Part shown: in pieces, positions 19,112-28,592 of the stretch
Layout of the letters: every line of letters begins with the position of its first letter
Numbering within the stretch: the stretch's first letter is position 1
Assembly: GCA_017467585.1 (NCBI GenBank)
Contig: JAFUSR010000004.1
Span: forward strand, 600,620-664,619
Source: Clostridia bacterium
Lineage (GTDB): Bacteria; Bacillota; Clostridia; Christensenellales; UBA1242
Direction of reading: 5' to 3'
DNA length: 64,000 bases
The notes under the pieces: generated by a model
What the model saw: the letters and a program-made list of their open reading frames with translations, nothing else
Database searches by the model: none
What the model was told of the DNA's origin: nothing
Position numbers and translations under genes: made by a program

Positions 19112-20317
19112 TTATAGTCCGAGTTCGGCTTTTGTTTCTCTTGCAATTTGCAATTCTTCGTTTGTTGGAATAACAAATACTTTAACTTTGCTGCCAGGAG
19201 CAGAAATTTCGCCCTCTTCAATATGGGCATTAGCTTTAGAATCAATAACAATTCCGAGATATGTTAAATATCCAAGAACTCTCTCACGATAAGCAGCATC
19301 GTGCTCGCCAACACCCGCAGTAAATGTAATTGCATCAACACCGTTGAGCGCTGCAACATAGCTGCCAACAATTTTAGCATCACGATATGCTCTCATTTCG
19401 TTTGCAAGCTGCGCATTTTCTACTTGTGAGCGAGAATATTTGCCATCTTTGTTTGCTGCCATTGCATCAACATCGCGAGAGTCGCTGGCACCAGTGAGAC
19501 CAACCAAGCCACTGTTTTTGTTAAGGTAGTTCACAACACCATTAACATCAAAGCCATGTTTTTCGCAAAGTGTTGGAAGAACAGATGCGTCGATATTTCC
19601 AGATCTTGTTCCCATTAAGCAGCCATCAAGTGGTGTATAACCCATGCTGGTGTCTTGACAAATGCCATTGTTTACGGCAGAAAGTGAAGAACCACTGCCG
19701 ATGTGAAGAATAATAAACTTGCCTTGTCTGCCAATGAGCTCTGCTGTTCTTTGGCTAACATATTTGTGGCTTGTTCCGTGAAAGCCATATTTTCTGATGT
19801 GATATTTTGTATAGTCTTCTCCAGGAATTGCATATCTAAATGCTTTTGCTGGCATAGTGCTGTGAAAAGCCGTGTCAAAAACTGCTACTTGAGGAACTCT
19901 TGGCATAAGTTTTTGACAAGCATAAATTCCTTGCAAGTTTGCTCTTTGATGAAGTGGTCCAAGTGGAATTAAATCTTCGATTTTTGCTTGAACCTCTCTG
20001 TCGATTATTGCAGCCTTTGAAAAGAATTCGCCACCATGAAGAACTCTGTGTCCAACAGCGTCGATTTCGTCTAGACTTTTAATGCAGCCATTTTGTTTGT
20101 TGGTTATTGCTTCCAAAACAAAGTTAAGTGCAACTGAGTGATCCTTCATTTGAGGATAAGTTACTGTTTTGTTGCCAGCTGCGGCATAAGAGAAGATTCC
20201 CTCTTCAAGTCCTATTTTTTCACAGTTTCCTTTTGCAAGAACTTTTTCATTGTCCATGTCGATAACTTGATACTTAAGCGAACTGCTTCCTGCGTTTAAA
20301 ATTAAAATTTTTGCCAT
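19112..20317 (-). CDS. ackA: Acetate kinase
   Basis: LNAGSSSLK, GHRVLHGG, VFDTAFH, YGFHGTSH, IPTNEE. Confidence 0.98.
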   Translation of the reverse strand: MAKILILNAGSSSLKYQVIDMDNEKVLAKGNCEKIGLEEGIFSYAAAGNKTVTYPQMKDHSVALNFVLEAITNKQNGCIKSLDEIDAVGHRVLHGGEFFSKAAIIDREVQAKIEDLIPLGPLHQRANLQGIYACQKLMPRVPQVAVFDTAFHSTMPAKAFRYAIPGEDYTKYHIRKYGFHGTSHKYVSQRTAELIGRQGKFIILHIGSGSSLSAVNNGICQDTSMGYTPLDGCLMGTRSGNIDASVLPTLCEKHGFDVNGVVNYLNKNSGLVGLTGASDSRDVDAMAANKDGKYSRSQVENAQLANEMRAYRDAKIVGSYVAALNGVDAITFTAGVGEHDAAYRERVLGYLTYLGIVIDSKANAHIEEGEISAPGSKVKVFVIPTNEELQIARETKAELGL

Positions 20318-20329
20318 TATTTTTCTCCT

Positions 20330-21364
20330 TTATGAACCTTTAATTGTATTTTTGCTTTGCAACACTGTTATTGCAATGTTATAAATAATTTCTTCTGCCG
20401 TTGTTCCACGCGACAAATCGTTAACAGGCTTGTTTAACCCCTGCAAAATTGGACCAATTGCTCTTGTGTTGGCCACACGTTGAGCAAGCTTGTAGCCAAT
20501 GTTTCCGCTCATTATGTCTGGGAATATCAAAACGTTGGCCTTTCCTTCAACGTCGCTATCTCGACACTTAGACGCCGCAACAAGAGGACTCAAAGCCGCA
20601 TCGCCCTGAAGTTCTCCATCAATTCTAAGCATTGGATCTTTTCTTCTGACAATTTTATATGCCCTTTTTATTTTTTGCGTTTGTTCGTCGTCAACATCTT
20701 CGTGAGACTTTGTTGTAAACCCTAAAAGCGCAACGTTTGGTCTCATGTTGCAAATTGTTTTTGCTGTTTCAGCAGATAAAATTGCAGTGTCGGCTAGTTC
20801 TTCATCGGTTGGATTTATGTTTACAGCGCAATCTCCAAACACCAAAATTCCATTTTCACCAATCTTGTTGCCTTCTGGAACTTCAATTAGCATAACAGAC
20901 GAAACCTTTGAGATTTTTGGTCTTGCTTTGATAATCGAAAAAGCACCTCGAAGAACATCTGCAGTTTCTCTCACCGCTCCTGCAACAATTCCATCAGCAT
21001 CTTCACTTTTAAGCATCATCATTGCAAAAGTTAAATTGTCTTTAAGCGCCTCCATGGCTTTTTCTTCTGTCATGCCTTTGTCTTTTCGAAGTTGAAACAA
21101 ACTATAGGCATACATTTCTCGAGTTTTGCCGCTGCTTTTTGGGTCGATAATTGTTATGTTCTTTTGAGCTTTTCTGCGAATTTTAGATGCAAGCAAATTT
21201 TTGTCACCAAGCAAAATAATTTTGCACAAATTGTTTTCTGCTGCCCAGTTGGCGGCCTCCAAAATTCTTGGGTCGTGGCCTTCTGGAAGAACAATTTTTG
21301 CAGTGCTACCTTTGGCCCTTTCTATTATGCTGGCAAAAGGATCGTACTTTCTCTTTTTATCCAA
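20330..21364 (-). CDS. pta: Phosphate acetyltransferase
   Basis: IVLPEG.D.RILEAA, DGELQGDAA, FPDIMSGNIGYK, GPILQGLNKPVNDLSRG. Confidence 0.97.
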   Translation of the reverse strand: MDKKRKYDPFASIIERAKGSTAKIVLPEGHDPRILEAANWAAENNLCKIILLGDKNLLASKIRRKAQKNITIIDPKSSGKTREMYAYSLFQLRKDKGMTEEKAMEALKDNLTFAMMMLKSEDADGIVAGAVRETADVLRGAFSIIKARPKISKVSSVMLIEVPEGNKIGENGILVFGDCAVNINPTDEELADTAILSAETAKTICNMRPNVALLGFTTKSHEDVDDEQTQKIKRAYKIVRRKDPMLRIDGELQGDAALSPLVAASKCRDSDVEGKANVLIFPDIMSGNIGYKLAQRVANTRAIGPILQGLNKPVNDLSRGTTAEEIIYNIAITVLQSKNTIKGS

Positions 21365-21479
21365 CTATATTACTCCTCAAACTATTGCATAAATTTATTT
21401 GAATTGATATAATGATTATATCTACCTGCTAAGTATACAATACTTAACTTCAAAAAATCAACAGGATAACAAATTTTAT

Positions 21480-22643
21480 ATGGAATTTTGTGCAATAATT
21501 TCAGAATTCAACCCATTTCATAGTGGGCACGAATATTTGATTTGCCAGGCAAAAAAACAAACCAATTTGCCTGTTCTTTGTTTGATGAGTGGAAATTTTG
21601 TTCAACGCGGAGAACCAGCCATAACAAACAAATATGCTCGCGCACTTGCAGCAATCAACGCTGGAGCCGACATGGTTTGCGAGCTTCCTGTGTGTTATGC
21701 CTTGTCTAGCGCAGAAATATTCGCCTATGGGGCAATCAAAATTTTAAAGTCGCTTGGCTGCACAAAGCTTGTTGTTGGAGCTGCCCACACACAGTTAGAA
21801 GACTATCAATCCGCCGCAAGCATAAATCAAAAATCACTTGTCAGTGCAATGAAAAATGAGCTAGATAAAGGCGAAAACTACAGCAAAACACTTATTAACA
21901 TAACAACACAAAAATTGCCAAATGCTGCCGACATTTTTAAAGATGCAAGCAACATTTTAGCGTTAGAATATGTCAGACAAATAAAAAGACAAAAAGCAAA
22001 CATCGATGTTGTTTTGGTTAAGCGCACCGACGGCGGCTACAATTCGAAAAAAACAACCAATAATTTTGCAAGTGCCACCATAATCAGAGAGCTTCTAAAA
22101 AACCAAAAATTTTCTGACGCAAACAAGTTTATTCCTAGCTTTGCTCATTTTAAACCAGCAGATATAACAAGTTCAAACATCATAAATTCTGTTGCAATGT
22201 TCACTTTGCAAAATATGTCAGCAGAAAAACTTAACCAGTTTTATGATTATTCTGAAGGCCTGCCAAATTTAATATCAAACTTATCAAAAACCTGCACTAA
22301 TTTTGAAGAACTAATAAATCAAGCCTCAAGCAAAAGATATCGCACTGCACGAATAAAAAAATTGTGTTACTATCCTACAATCAATTTAACAAAAGAAAAC
22401 TTCAAAACTATCAAAAGTGGCCGCTCTGTTGTTAAAATGCTTGCGATAAAAAAAGACAAAAAGAAATTTTTATCTGAGTTTAACAAAAATTTTACACAGG
22501 TTATTGTTAGCCGCTCCGACTATGACAACTTAAGCCGCGCACAAACACTATCTGCCAAGCTCGATTTAAATGCTTCTAACTTATACAATATTTCACAAAA
22601 AGAATTTAATAGCGACATAAAAACCGGAACTATTTTTTGTTAA
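21480..22643 (+). CDS. tmcAL: tRNA(Met) cytidine acetate ligase (YlbM family nucleotidyltransferase)
   Basis: SEFNPFHSGH, MSGNFVQRGEPA, NILALEY, SATIIR; divergent from pta. Confidence 0.9.
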   Translation: MEFCAIISEFNPFHSGHEYLICQAKKQTNLPVLCLMSGNFVQRGEPAITNKYARALAAINAGADMVCELPVCYALSSAEIFAYGAIKILKSLGCTKLVVGAAHTQLEDYQSAASINQKSLVSAMKNELDKGENYSKTLINITTQKLPNAADIFKDASNILALEYVRQIKRQKANIDVVLVKRTDGGYNSKKTTNNFASATIIRELLKNQKFSDANKFIPSFAHFKPADITSSNIINSVAMFTLQNMSAEKLNQFYDYSEGLPNLISNLSKTCTNFEELINQASSKRYRTARIKKLCYYPTINLTKENFKTIKSGRSVVKMLAIKKDKKKFLSEFNKNFTQVIVSRSDYDNLSRAQTLSAKLDLNASNLYNISQKEFNSDIKTGTIFC

Positions 22644-22668
22644 AAAAAACACCACGTGGTGTTTTTTT
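22643..22668. terminator. Bidirectional terminator between convergent genes
   Basis: AAAAAAACACCAC-GTGGTGTTTTTTT perfect inverted repeat. Confidence 0.75.
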
Positions 22669-23461
22669 ATTTTGACAAATCTTTTAGCTGTCTTTTCTTT
22701 TTATCAACAATTTGTTTTGTTTTTTCTTGTTTTTGTTCCTCTTCAGAAACAATTTGTTTATTTAGATAATGTCTGTGCTCATAAATGCATACTGCGATTT
22801 CGTAAACAAAATACATAATATACATTAAGAACACTGAGGTCGCCCCACTATATTTAACTTCTGCAGTGGCAAGCATTGCCCAAAGAAAAATTGAAATTGC
22901 AAGAGCAACAAATCGAATTTTAAAATATGCCCCAATGCGCAAGTTGCGAGCAAGTGCGCTCAGTGCTAGTGCCGTTGCTGAAAAAGCATCAATCATGCAA
23001 AGCAGCGGAGATGATGAAATTGCTGAACTGAAAACATAAATTCCAACAAAGAACAGCACATAATAAAACAAAATGAATAAGCCTTCTTTGTCGGTTAATT
23101 TCTTGTCTCGCAAGATGAATGAATCGCCCTGATTCCTTATGGCCAAATATTGCATTGGAACATAATAAGCAATGTGTAATAATCCGTTTGCAACAAGCCC
23201 AATAGGAACGCAAATCAAAACATAAACCATGCTCATCATTATGCTTAAAAACAAACTAATTGGACTATTTAGTGGCAAAAACAAATTCCAAACAATGCCA
23301 ATAAACAAAACAAGTGGTCCAATTAATGTGTCTTTTCCAACAAGGGCCAGAAAAATGCTAAGGGCTAAAAAGATAGATGAAATTAGCACTTTTGCATATA
23401 AAAACCTATCAGAACGCGTGTATGGCAATTGGTCGTCTGAATAGTCTTTAGAAAAAATCAT
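22667..23461 (-). CDS. Divergent PnuC/SWEET-like multi-pass transporter
   Basis: About 7-8 hydrophobic segments; LHIAYYVPMQY and MIDAFSATALALSAL...LW resemble PnuC motifs; AGGAGG RBS before 23461. Confidence 0.55.
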   Translation of the reverse strand: MIFSKDYSDDQLPYTRSDRFLYAKVLISSIFLALSIFLALVGKDTLIGPLVLFIGIVWNLFLPLNSPISLFLSIMMSMVYVLICVPIGLVANGLLHIAYYVPMQYLAIRNQGDSFILRDKKLTDKEGLFILFYYVLFFVGIYVFSSAISSSPLLCMIDAFSATALALSALARNLRIGAYFKIRFVALAISIFLWAMLATAEVKYSGATSVFLMYIMYFVYEIAVCIYEHRHYLNKQIVSEEEQKQEKTKQIVDKKKRQLKDLSK

Positions 23462-23523
23462 AAAAGCCCTCCTATCAAACCATCTTGGTAATTTTACAAT
23501 AAAATTATAGCATAAACTTTCGT

Positions 23524-24534
23524 ATGACAACAAATAAAATATTAACCAAAAACAACAAAATTTTTAAGAACATAGAGCTGTTGCTATTGTCACTTTCAAC
23601 AATTTTTGTTTTGATAGTCATTTTAAGCAACCCAAAACGATATAACACAAGTGTTTTGCAGGGATTGACAATGTTTTTAACGTGTGTTTTACCAGGGCTT
23701 TTTCCTTTTATGTTTTTCACTAAACTACTTTCTAGTTTTGGCCTGATAGAAAAGCTATCATCAAGGCTAGAAAAACCAACAAGGCTCCTTTTCAACACCA
23801 GCCCGATTTCTAGCTATGTGCTTTTAATAAGCGCAATCAGTGGCTATCCTGTTGGCGCAAAACTTATCAGCGACCTATATTTGTCAAACTCAATCTCGCA
23901 GTCCGACGCAAAAAAGATGTGCTCTTTTTGCACAACAAGCGGACCACTATTTGTCATTGGAACAGTTGGTGCCGTTATGTTTGGAAACATCACTGTTGGA
24001 ATTGTTATTTATATATCGCATATTCTTGCGAGTGTTATGTGTGGCATAACACTTAGAGGAAAGTCGCAACAAAGCCAGAAAATTTCTAGCGTTGTGCCCC
24101 TCCACAGACCAGACAATTTGTTGTCTAAAACCATGCTCGACACAGTTCAAAACATTTTGCTTGTTGGTGGATATATCACCATTTTCTTTTTGATTTCAGA
24201 CATAATTTTTGACACAAAAATTGCGACGGTTGTTGCCTATCCGCTAGAAAAGTTTTTATCTCTCTTTGGCATAAGCGGTCTATCAAATGGAATTGTTGGC
24301 GGACTATTGGAAGTAACCCGCGGCTGCAAGATTCTTTCTGCCTTTACTGGCATTTGGCCAATTTGTTTTGCAGCAAGCCTAATTTCGTTTGGTGGGCTGA
24401 GCATAACAATTCAATCTATGGCCTACCTTTCTCGTTGCAAAATAAAAGCACGCTACTTCGTGTTTGTGAAGTGCGTGCATGCAATTTTTACTTTTTTTAT
24501 TTGCCTAGGATTGTGCAAGCTTTTTATTGTTTAA
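23524..24534 (+). CDS. ylbJ: Sporulation integral membrane protein YlbJ
   Basis: VLPGLFPFM, SAISGYPVGAK, FCTTSGPLFVIGTVG, GLLEVTRG, FGGLSI..Q. Confidence 0.9.
   Translation: MTTNKILTKNNKIFKNIELLLLSLSTIFVLIVILSNPKRYNTSVLQGLTMFLTCVLPGLFPFMFFTKLLSSFGLIEKLSSRLEKPTRLLFNTSPISSYVLLISAISGYPVGAKLISDLYLSNSISQSDAKKMCSFCTTSGPLFVIGTVGAVMFGNITVGIVIYISHILASVMCGITLRGKSQQSQKISSVVPLHRPDNLLSKTMLDTVQNILLVGGYITIFFLISDIIFDTKIATVVAYPLEKFLSLFGISGLSNGIVGGLLEVTRGCKILSAFTGIWPICFAASLISFGGLSITIQSMAYLSRCKIKARYFVFVKCVHAIFTFFICLGLCKLFIV
24031..24053. repeat. Dispersed palindrome copy inside the ylbJ coding sequence
   Basis: AGTGTTATG-TGTGG-CATAACACT, encoding S-V-M-C-G-I-T-L. Confidence 0.75.
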
Positions 24535-24991
24535 GATTGTTTTTAAGTTGAATAAGTGTTGCAGTAAGTTCGTCACGGCTGTCGTGAACAATATTTAAGT
24601 GCTCAGCCAAATAGTCCTCAACGGCTTTTAAAAGCTTGTCGACATTGTTTTTTGTTGCATCCAAAAGTTGTTCACAGCGCTTTGTTGCAAGGTTTGTCAT
24701 TTTTGTAGCCTCTTCTTCAGCCCTTTCCATAACGGCACTTTGTGAAACCAAGTTGTTTGCCTTTTCATTTGCGTCATCTAAAATTGCCTGTGCATCTGCA
24801 CGAGCAGTTTCAAGCAACTTGTCTTTTTGAGACAAAATATATGATGCCTCTTCAACAGCTTTAGGCATGTTATTTTTAAGGCTTTCTACAAGTTCTGCAA
24901 CCCTTTCTGTGTTGATTTTTTTGTGGAATAGTCCTGGTTTTGATTCGCCCACCTCTTCTTCGAGCTCGGCCAAAATGTCATATACGTTCAT
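24524..24991 (-). CDS. Coiled-coil hypothetical protein (DivIVA/ATPase-b-like), of the type usually found after rsmD-coaD
   Basis: Ala/Glu-rich heptads; position in the rsmD operon. Confidence 0.75.
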   Translation of the reverse strand: MNVYDILAELEEEVGESKPGLFHKKINTERVAELVESLKNNMPKAVEEASYILSQKDKLLETARADAQAILDDANEKANNLVSQSAVMERAEEEATKMTNLATKRCEQLLDATKNNVDKLLKAVEDYLAEHLNIVHDSRDELTATLIQLKNNLKQ

Positions 24992-24994
24992 AAT

Positions 24995-25546
24995 TTATCC
25001 TTTATGATATTCAAAGATTACCACTTTAACAGTACCATAATCTTTATCTTTAATCATTATATACTTTTGTGGATAATTTTGCAACACTTTTTTATTACTC
25101 ATTTCACAAACAACAATTGCACCATCACAAAGAAGTTCTTTTTTATGCAATAAATACAAGGCTTTTTCAAGATATTCACTCTCAAATGGAGGGTCCAACA
25201 AAACCATGTCAAAGGCGTCGTTGCGCTTAGAAAATGTGTGGAGAGCATCTTGAAAGTCGCTGCAAATGAGCTCTGTTCCGTTTGTGTCGTTTCTTAAATT
25301 TTGTTTTATTGTCTTTATGCTTTCTTTTTGCGCATCAACAAAGACAACCTTTTCTGCGCCACGAGACAAGCACTCAATTCCAAGTGCTCCACTGCCAGCA
25401 AACAAGTCAAGAACCTTACGCCCAGCAATGTGCTCATTAATCATATCAAACATGCTGCCTTTTATTCTCGCTAGTGTTGGTCTTGTTTGGTCTGTCGGAA
25501 CGCTCGCCAGTTTTCTTCCCCTGAATTTTCCTGTGATAATTTGCAT
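24995..25546 (-). CDS. rsmD: 16S rRNA m2G966 methyltransferase RsmD/YlbH
   Basis: IITGKFRGRKL, TRPT, LDLFAGSGALGIE.LSRGA, LDPPF. Confidence 0.96.
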   Translation of the reverse strand: MQIITGKFRGRKLASVPTDQTRPTLARIKGSMFDMINEHIAGRKVLDLFAGSGALGIECLSRGAEKVVFVDAQKESIKTIKQNLRNDTNGTELICSDFQDALHTFSKRNDAFDMVLLDPPFESEYLEKALYLLHKKELLCDGAIVVCEMSNKKVLQNYPQKYIMIKDKDYGTVKVVIFEYHKG

Positions 25547-26561
25547 TATACTTCCTTTTTACGCGGCAAGATATGCCTGTTAAAATCTCATAACAAATTG
25601 TATCACACCATTTCGCCAAATTGCAAACGGAATTATACCTTTTGCCATTTTTGCCAAAAATTGTAACTCTTTCTCCAACACTCACATCAACACCAGTCAC
25701 ATCAATCATAAAGCAATCCATGCAAATGTCACCAACAATTTTGCATTCTTGGCCTTTGACAATAACACTACAACCAGAAAGTTTTCGGTTTATTCCATCG
25801 GCGTAGCCAAGCGGAACAACGGCAATTGTCTTTTTCGATTTTGCCACAAAATGTGCGTTATAGCTAACAATATCTCCAGGCTGTATTTTTCTAATTTCAC
25901 AAATTTTGCTCTCGAGCGATAGTGCGCACTTGTTTTCGTTAAAATAAAGGCCAATTCCAACCCTGACCATGTCTTCTGCAAACATCAAGCCACCAGAATT
26001 AGAAATGTGACACAAAACATCGTTGAAATTTGCTCTTGCAACATCGAAAAACTTTGTCGCAATTTTGTGCTGTTTTTCCATGGTTAAAAAGTCGGAATTA
26101 TAAAAGTGGCTAAAAACTCCCCTCATGCAGATATTTTCTGACTTTTTTGCGCTTTCAACAATCTTTAAAAATTCATCAAAATTCGCACCGTAGCGGTTCA
26201 TTCCGGAGTTGATTGCAACATGAATTTTGAACCTTTCTTTTTGACGTTTGAGTTCTTCAACAATTTCCACTCTGTCAACCGCAAATTCAATGTTTTTATA
26301 TTTAATTTTTTTAATGTCTTCAATGCTTGGCGGCGACAACACCAAAATTGGCTTGCCAGAATATTTGGCAAGGGCGTTCGCTTCAAGAACATTTGCAACC
26401 GCAAAATAGTCTACAATGTCACAAATATATTTTGCGAGTCTAATTCCAACGCCATAAGCATTTGCTTTAACAACGGCACAAAATTTGGCCTTTGTTTGGC
26501 TTTTTATTTTAATTATGTTATCTCTGATTTGGTCAACAAAAACGTTTAATGTTCCACTCAT
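25446..26561 (-). CDS. alr: Alanine racemase
   Basis: AVVKANAYG (PLP lysine), SGMNRYG, VPLGYADG, VGDICMD, TICYEIL. Confidence 0.95.
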   Translation of the reverse strand: MSGTLNVFVDQIRDNIIKIKSQTKAKFCAVVKANAYGVGIRLAKYICDIVDYFAVANVLEANALAKYSGKPILVLSPPSIEDIKKIKYKNIEFAVDRVEIVEELKRQKERFKIHVAINSGMNRYGANFDEFLKIVESAKKSENICMRGVFSHFYNSDFLTMEKQHKIATKFFDVARANFNDVLCHISNSGGLMFAEDMVRVGIGLYFNENKCALSLESKICEIRKIQPGDIVSYNAHFVAKSKKTIAVVPLGYADGINRKLSGCSVIVKGQECKIVGDICMDCFMIDVTGVDVSVGERVTIFGKNGKRYNSVCNLAKWCDTICYEILTGISCRVKRKYNANYHRKIQGKKTGERSDRPNKTNTSENKRQHV

Positions 26562-26606
26562 GGTTATCAATATCTAACTTATGAAATCATCAGAAATTTT
26601 GTGCAC

Positions 26607-26637
26607 AAAAAAAGACGGCCACGCCGTCTGTTTTTTT
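26607..26637. terminator. Intrinsic terminator after metG
   Basis: AGACGGC-CAC-GCCGTCT with A and T runs on both sides. Confidence 0.8.
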
Positions 26638-28198
26638 ATTGTTTTGAAAGTTCTTCAAGTTCTTTGGCAACATCGAGCCTTGGAAACAAGATTGGCAATG
26701 TTTCAAGAACCTTTCCCTCTTTAAGATTATAAAAACTTTGCTCGCCAATTTTCGCCTCAACGCCAAGCACATCAAGCACCTTTTTGCTTACATCTGGCAA
26801 AAATGCAGACAAGTGAACTGTTCCAATTCTAATTGCTTCTAAAAGGTTTCTCAAAACTGTGTCAAGACGCTCTTTCTTTGCTGGGTCTTTTGCTAGTATA
26901 TATGGCTCAGTCACTTCAATATATTTGTTTGCCTTGCTAAATATCGCAAAAATGCTAGCAAGAGCCTTTGAACTGTCTAAGTTTGCCATGTGAGCCTTTA
27001 CATTTTGTTCTTCTTGAAGAACAATGTTAATGAGGTCTTTATCTAAAACATCAAGTTCTTGAGAATGAGAAGGAACAACTCCATCTCTATACTTTTTAAG
27101 CATCGAAAGTGTTCTGCTAACTAAGTTTCCATAGTTGTTTGCAAGGTCGCTATTAATTCTGGTTAAAAATCCCTCGGTTGAATAGTTTCCGTCTGAACCA
27201 AATGGAATTTCTCTAAGCAAGATATATCTTACGGCATCTGAAGAATATCTTGGAGCCAAAATTCTTGGGTCTACACACTCAACGCTTGCAACTTCTTTGC
27301 TCTTAGAGAGTTTGTCTCCGCCAAAAAGCAACCAACCATGACCAAACACCTTTTTAGGAAGTGGAATATCTAGCGCCATTAAAACTGCTGGCCAAATAAT
27401 TGCATGAAAGCGCACAATTTCTTTTCCGATTATGTGAACATCTGCTGGCCAATATTTTTCAAACATTTTTTTGTCTCTTAAATATCCAACACCAGTAAGG
27501 TAGTTAGTGAGTGCGTCTATCCAAACATAGATTGTATGTTTTGGGTCAAACGGAACTGGAATTCCCCATTTTACGCTTGTTCTAGACACACACAGGTCTG
27601 AAAGACCTGGCTTGATAAAGTTGTTAACCATTTCGTTAACACGGCTCTGTGGTTGCAAAAATTCTGGGTTGTCTTGATAAAGTTTCAAAAGTTTGTCACC
27701 AAACTGGCTGAGTTTGAAAAAATAAGCCTCTTCTTCTTGGTCGATAACCGCTCTACCACAATCTGGGCACTTTCCGTCAACAAGTTGACTTTCTGTCCAA
27801 AAACTTTCGCAAGGAACACAATATTTTCCTTTATATGAACTTTTGTAAATGTAGCCCTTGTTATAGAGTTCAGAAAAGACATGCTGAGCAACTTCAACAT
27901 GGTCTTCATCGGTTGTTCTAATAAATCTGTCGTAGTTGATGTTTAAAAGTTTCCAAAGGTCTTTCGCATCTGCAATAATCTCGTTTAAATATTCCATTTC
28001 AGACTTGCCGGCATCTTTTGCACGACCTGCAATTTTTTGACCATGCTCGTCTGTTCCGGTCAAATAAAAAACATCTTTCCCAAGCAATTTGTTATATCTT
28101 GCAATCGCATCACAAACAACAGTTGTGTAGCAATTTCCAAGCGTAAGTTTGTTGCTTGGATAATAAATTGGGGTTGTAATATAAAATTTTTCTGCCAT
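26636..28198 (-). CDS. metG: Methionyl-tRNA synthetase, MetRS1 type, short form without the C-terminal tRNA-binding domain
   Basis: FYITTPIYYPS, LTGTDEHGQK, CVPCE/CPDC knuckle, YVWIDAL, KLSKS. Confidence 0.97.
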   Translation of the reverse strand: MAEKFYITTPIYYPSNKLTLGNCYTTVVCDAIARYNKLLGKDVFYLTGTDEHGQKIAGRAKDAGKSEMEYLNEIIADAKDLWKLLNINYDRFIRTTDEDHVEVAQHVFSELYNKGYIYKSSYKGKYCVPCESFWTESQLVDGKCPDCGRAVIDQEEEAYFFKLSQFGDKLLKLYQDNPEFLQPQSRVNEMVNNFIKPGLSDLCVSRTSVKWGIPVPFDPKHTIYVWIDALTNYLTGVGYLRDKKMFEKYWPADVHIIGKEIVRFHAIIWPAVLMALDIPLPKKVFGHGWLLFGGDKLSKSKEVASVECVDPRILAPRYSSDAVRYILLREIPFGSDGNYSTEGFLTRINSDLANNYGNLVSRTLSMLKKYRDGVVPSHSQELDVLDKDLINIVLQEEQNVKAHMANLDSSKALASIFAIFSKANKYIEVTEPYILAKDPAKKERLDTVLRNLLEAIRIGTVHLSAFLPDVSKKVLDVLGVEAKIGEQSFYNLKEGKVLETLPILFPRLDVAKELEELSKQ

Positions 28199-28249
28199 TT
28201 CTTCTTCCTTTAATTATCGGCAAAAAGTCGATTTTTGTCAGGTTTTTCG

Positions 28250-28272
28250 GCTATTATGTCAGACATAATAGC
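28250..28272. repeat. Dispersed palindrome copy, fully symmetric variant
   Basis: GCTATTATGTC-A-GACATAATAGC. Confidence 0.88.
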
Positions 28273-28276
28273 ATGA

Positions 28277-28576
28277 TTATTCGTGATAAATTATCTCTTT
28301 GCCACATTTTTTAGCATAAGCAATTGCTCTCTTTGTTGCCTCGCCGATATATCCGCCGATGTTAACAACATAAATAGCATCTGCAATTTCGATTTTCTTA
28401 TAGTGGGCCACTTCAATGTTGTGCATTTCGTCAATGTTATCTAACTTATCTGATTTTTTGCTATAGACACATTGAATAACTGCCCAGCCCTGCTTTGCTT
28501 CTATTCTGCGCGCAATTGTGCGCATTTCTTTGTTAAATTTCATGCTTCCGCACATTGTTACAACTTTGATTTTCAT
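28277..28576 (-). CDS. Small DUF4406/N-deoxyribosyltransferase-like fold protein
   Basis: VTMCGSMKF, H.KKI..ADAIYVVNIGGYIG..T...I.YA...GK pattern. Confidence 0.6.
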   Translation of the reverse strand: MKIKVVTMCGSMKFNKEMRTIARRIEAKQGWAVIQCVYSKKSDKLDNIDEMHNIEVAHYKKIEIADAIYVVNIGGYIGEATKRAIAYAKKCGKEIIYHE

Positions 28577-28592
28577 AAATATATATTCTCCT

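Noticed and set aside
20330-22643. tmcAL next to pta-ackA as a novel acetate-tRNA link
   Set aside because: This is a known, common synteny in Bacillota
23462-23523. Riboswitch upstream of the PnuC-like gene
   Set aside because: 62-bp AT-rich divergent spacer with no TPP, FMN or other aptamer motif
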